Assembly: GCA_024762835.1 (NCBI GenBank)
Contig: JANTGP010000002.1
Coordinates: 1 to 49,583, forward strand
DNA length: 49,583 nt
Reading direction: 5' to 3'
Source: Bacteroidota bacterium
Lineage (GTDB): Bacteria > Bacteroidota > Bacteroidia > Bacteroidales > M50B96
The notes under the pieces are model-generated. The model saw nothing but the letters and a program-made list of their open reading frames with translations, was not told the origin of the DNA and made no database searches. Shown here in pieces: positions 48,231-49,583 of this stretch; within the stretch, counting starts at the first letter, position 1; each line of letters opens with the position of its first letter. Position numbers and translations under genes: made by a program.

Positions 48231-48260
48231 ATTTTATCTTTATTCTAATATTCATTTTTT

Positions 48261-48530
48261 TAATCTGCCCTTTCAGGGCGGGTTTGTTGTGATTATTTCT
48301 TAGTCACAAGGCGATGCCTTGTGCTGAATTAAGTTGCTCTTTCAGAGCGTTGCTTTATTAACATCTTACTTTAATACTGCAAGTGCAGGGGATGAAAGCT
48401 TTCCTTTTTCAGTCATATAAAAAGTATAAACAACTAGAGCTCGGGCTGAAAGCCCGGATTACTTTAACCCGATGGCATCGCCTCGGGGTAAACACCAATT
48501 AACCAACTTACGCCCTGAAAGGGCAGGTTA
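48261..48530 (+). mobile_element. Family B REPIN/MITE-like element, copy B1 (270 bp, internal deletion)
   Basis: 20-bp terminal inverted repeats: taatctgccctttcagggcg (48261-48280) and cgccctgaaagggcaggtta (48511-48530). Six internal triloop hairpins. The left ~100 nt and right ~95 nt are near-identical to B3. Confidence 0.8.
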
Positions 48531-48813
48531 ATACATATTTACTATTCACAAACCAATACCTTGTGTTGAATCAAGTTGCTCTTGCAGAGCGTTCCATTAA
48601 TTCTTTCATGTAATAAGGATGCAAGAAACATCTTGTTTTATTCAATAGCTTTTCATGCTTTAATACTGCATAACTTAAATTAATCAGACAGGAGAAAGCC
48701 CCTTTTATATACACAACTACAGTTCGGGCTGAAAGTCCGGATTACTTTAACCCGATGGCATCGCCTCGGGGTAAACACCAATTAACCAACTTACGCCCTG
48801 AAAGGGCAGATTA
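48531..48813 (+). mobile_element. Family B element, copy B2 (left terminus missing or degenerate)
   Basis: The right 95 nt are near-identical to B1/B3, ending in cgccctgaaagggcagatta (48794-48813), an exact reverse complement of the left terminus. The centre is collinear with B3. The left part (48545-48593) is a degenerate version of hairpins H2/H3, and no H1 is present. Confidence 0.7.
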
Positions 48814-48822
48814 TTAAAAAGT

Positions 48823-49278
48823 TTAATCTGTCCACAGGTAATCATAATTGTATTCAATTCCATACTCTTTTAAAAAAATCAAATATTCCTCCTTGAAGTC
48901 TCTTTTTTTATGATGTTGCTCTTGATTCTCAATATATTGTTTCGTTTTATCATGTATAGATGGACTTACTGAAAATCCAGCATATCCTCCCTGCCACTCA
49001 AAGCCTAAATAATACGAATCTTTGGTTTTTATCCACCTACTACTATGTCGCTTTATTTCTTCTACTAGTTTTGAAAGTGATATATTTTTTGACATTACAC
49101 ATAATACATGAACATGGTCTTCAACACCATTAATAATTATTGGTATCGACTGTCTGTCTTTTATTATAGAACCAATATATGCATAGAGGTCTTGCTTATC
49201 TTTTTTTCGGATTTTTATACCTTCATTCTTTATCCTAAAGATTATATGTAAATAGAGTTTTGATAAAGATTGTGACAT
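48823..49278 (-). CDS. IS200/IS605-family Y1 (HUH) transposase-like protein, probable REP-associated tyrosine transposase (RAYT)
   Basis: 151 aa. HUH motif in EDHVHVLCV, WQGGYAGFSVS, and a C-terminal helix KQYIENQEQHH carrying the candidate catalytic Tyr. There is no tnpB partner. The gene is flanked 9 and 11 nt away by inverted family B termini. Confidence 0.8.
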   Translation of the reverse strand: MSQSLSKLYLHIIFRIKNEGIKIRKKDKQDLYAYIGSIIKDRQSIPIIINGVEDHVHVLCVMSKNISLSKLVEEIKRHSSRWIKTKDSYYLGFEWQGGYAGFSVSPSIHDKTKQYIENQEQHHKKRDFKEEYLIFLKEYGIEYNYDYLWTD

Positions 49279-49289
49279 AATTTAAATTT

Positions 49290-49577
49290 TAATCTGCCCT
49301 TTCAGGGCGGGTTTGTCATTATTATTACTTAGTCACAAGGCGATGCCTTGTGCTGAATTAAGTTGCTCTTTCAGAGCGTTGCTTTATAAATATCTCTATT
49401 TATTCAATAGCTTCTCATACTTTAATACATCATAGCTTAATTTAATCAGTCAGGGAAAAGCCCCTGTCATTATATTCACAACTAGAGCTCGGGCTGAAAG
49501 CCCGGATTACTTTAACCCGATGGCATCGCCTCGGGGTAAACACCAATTACCAAATTACGCCCTGAAAGGGCAGGTTA
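49290..49577 (+). mobile_element. Family B REPIN/MITE-like element, copy B3 (288 bp, apparently full length)
   Basis: Left terminus taatctgccctttcagggcg (49290-49309) and right terminus cgccctgaaagggcaggtta (49558-49577). It is followed by atacat, as B1 is, at the window edge. Confidence 0.8.
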
Positions 49578-49583
49578 ATACAT

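Noticed and set aside
48231-48822. Possible structured ncRNA or riboswitch in the 590-bp ORF-free region upstream of the ABC ATPase gene
   Set aside because: I recognise no known riboswitch core. The structure is fully explained by two stacked family B elements that recur on the other side of the RAYT gene.
48231-49583. Possible CRISPR array, because of repeated GC-rich palindromes
   Set aside because: The repeat units are 270-290 bp composite elements with terminal inverted repeats, not 25-40 bp direct repeats separated by unique spacers of similar size. No cas genes are present.

Overview
AT-rich (~one-third GC by eye) chromosomal window with a Bacteroidota signature. It encodes T9SS type A and type B C-terminal sorting domains, a DUF4837-like lipoprotein and an ileS-dksA-lspA cluster. 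The TAnnTTTG -7 promoter box recurs 15-60 nt upstream of many start codons. About 36 intact CDSs plus one tRNA-Arg(CCG) are supported, and most are housekeeping: kbl, gmhA, rdgB, DAHP synthase/chorismate mutase, rnhA, nadD, gmk, rnpA, yidD, ileS, lspA, ribF, rlmN. No CRISPR array, prophage, integrase or recognisable defence island is present. The most interesting content is non-coding. (1) At 48.2-49.6 kb, an IS200-like Y1/HUH transposase gene of RAYT type is bracketed within about 10 bp on each side by inverted copies of a 20-bp hairpin terminus. These termini belong to 270-290 bp elements (family B) built as mirror-image arrays of three triloop hairpins; there are three copies, and the array seems to continue past the window end. 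(2) A second, unrelated nested-palindrome mosaic repeat (family A) occurs three times, each just 3' of a minus-strand gene, including a 53-bp minimal version with a flipped hairpin. Notable proteins are a 1247-aa propeller/Y_Y_Y sensor fused to a class III adenylate cyclase and an HD domain, a ~1909-aa T9SS type B cargo with a P-domain-like region and 8-9 tandem modules but no adjacent porP/sprF, an orphan T9SS CTD relic, and a double-SWIM SNF2 helicase. All functional calls come from motifs read by eye; no database search was run.
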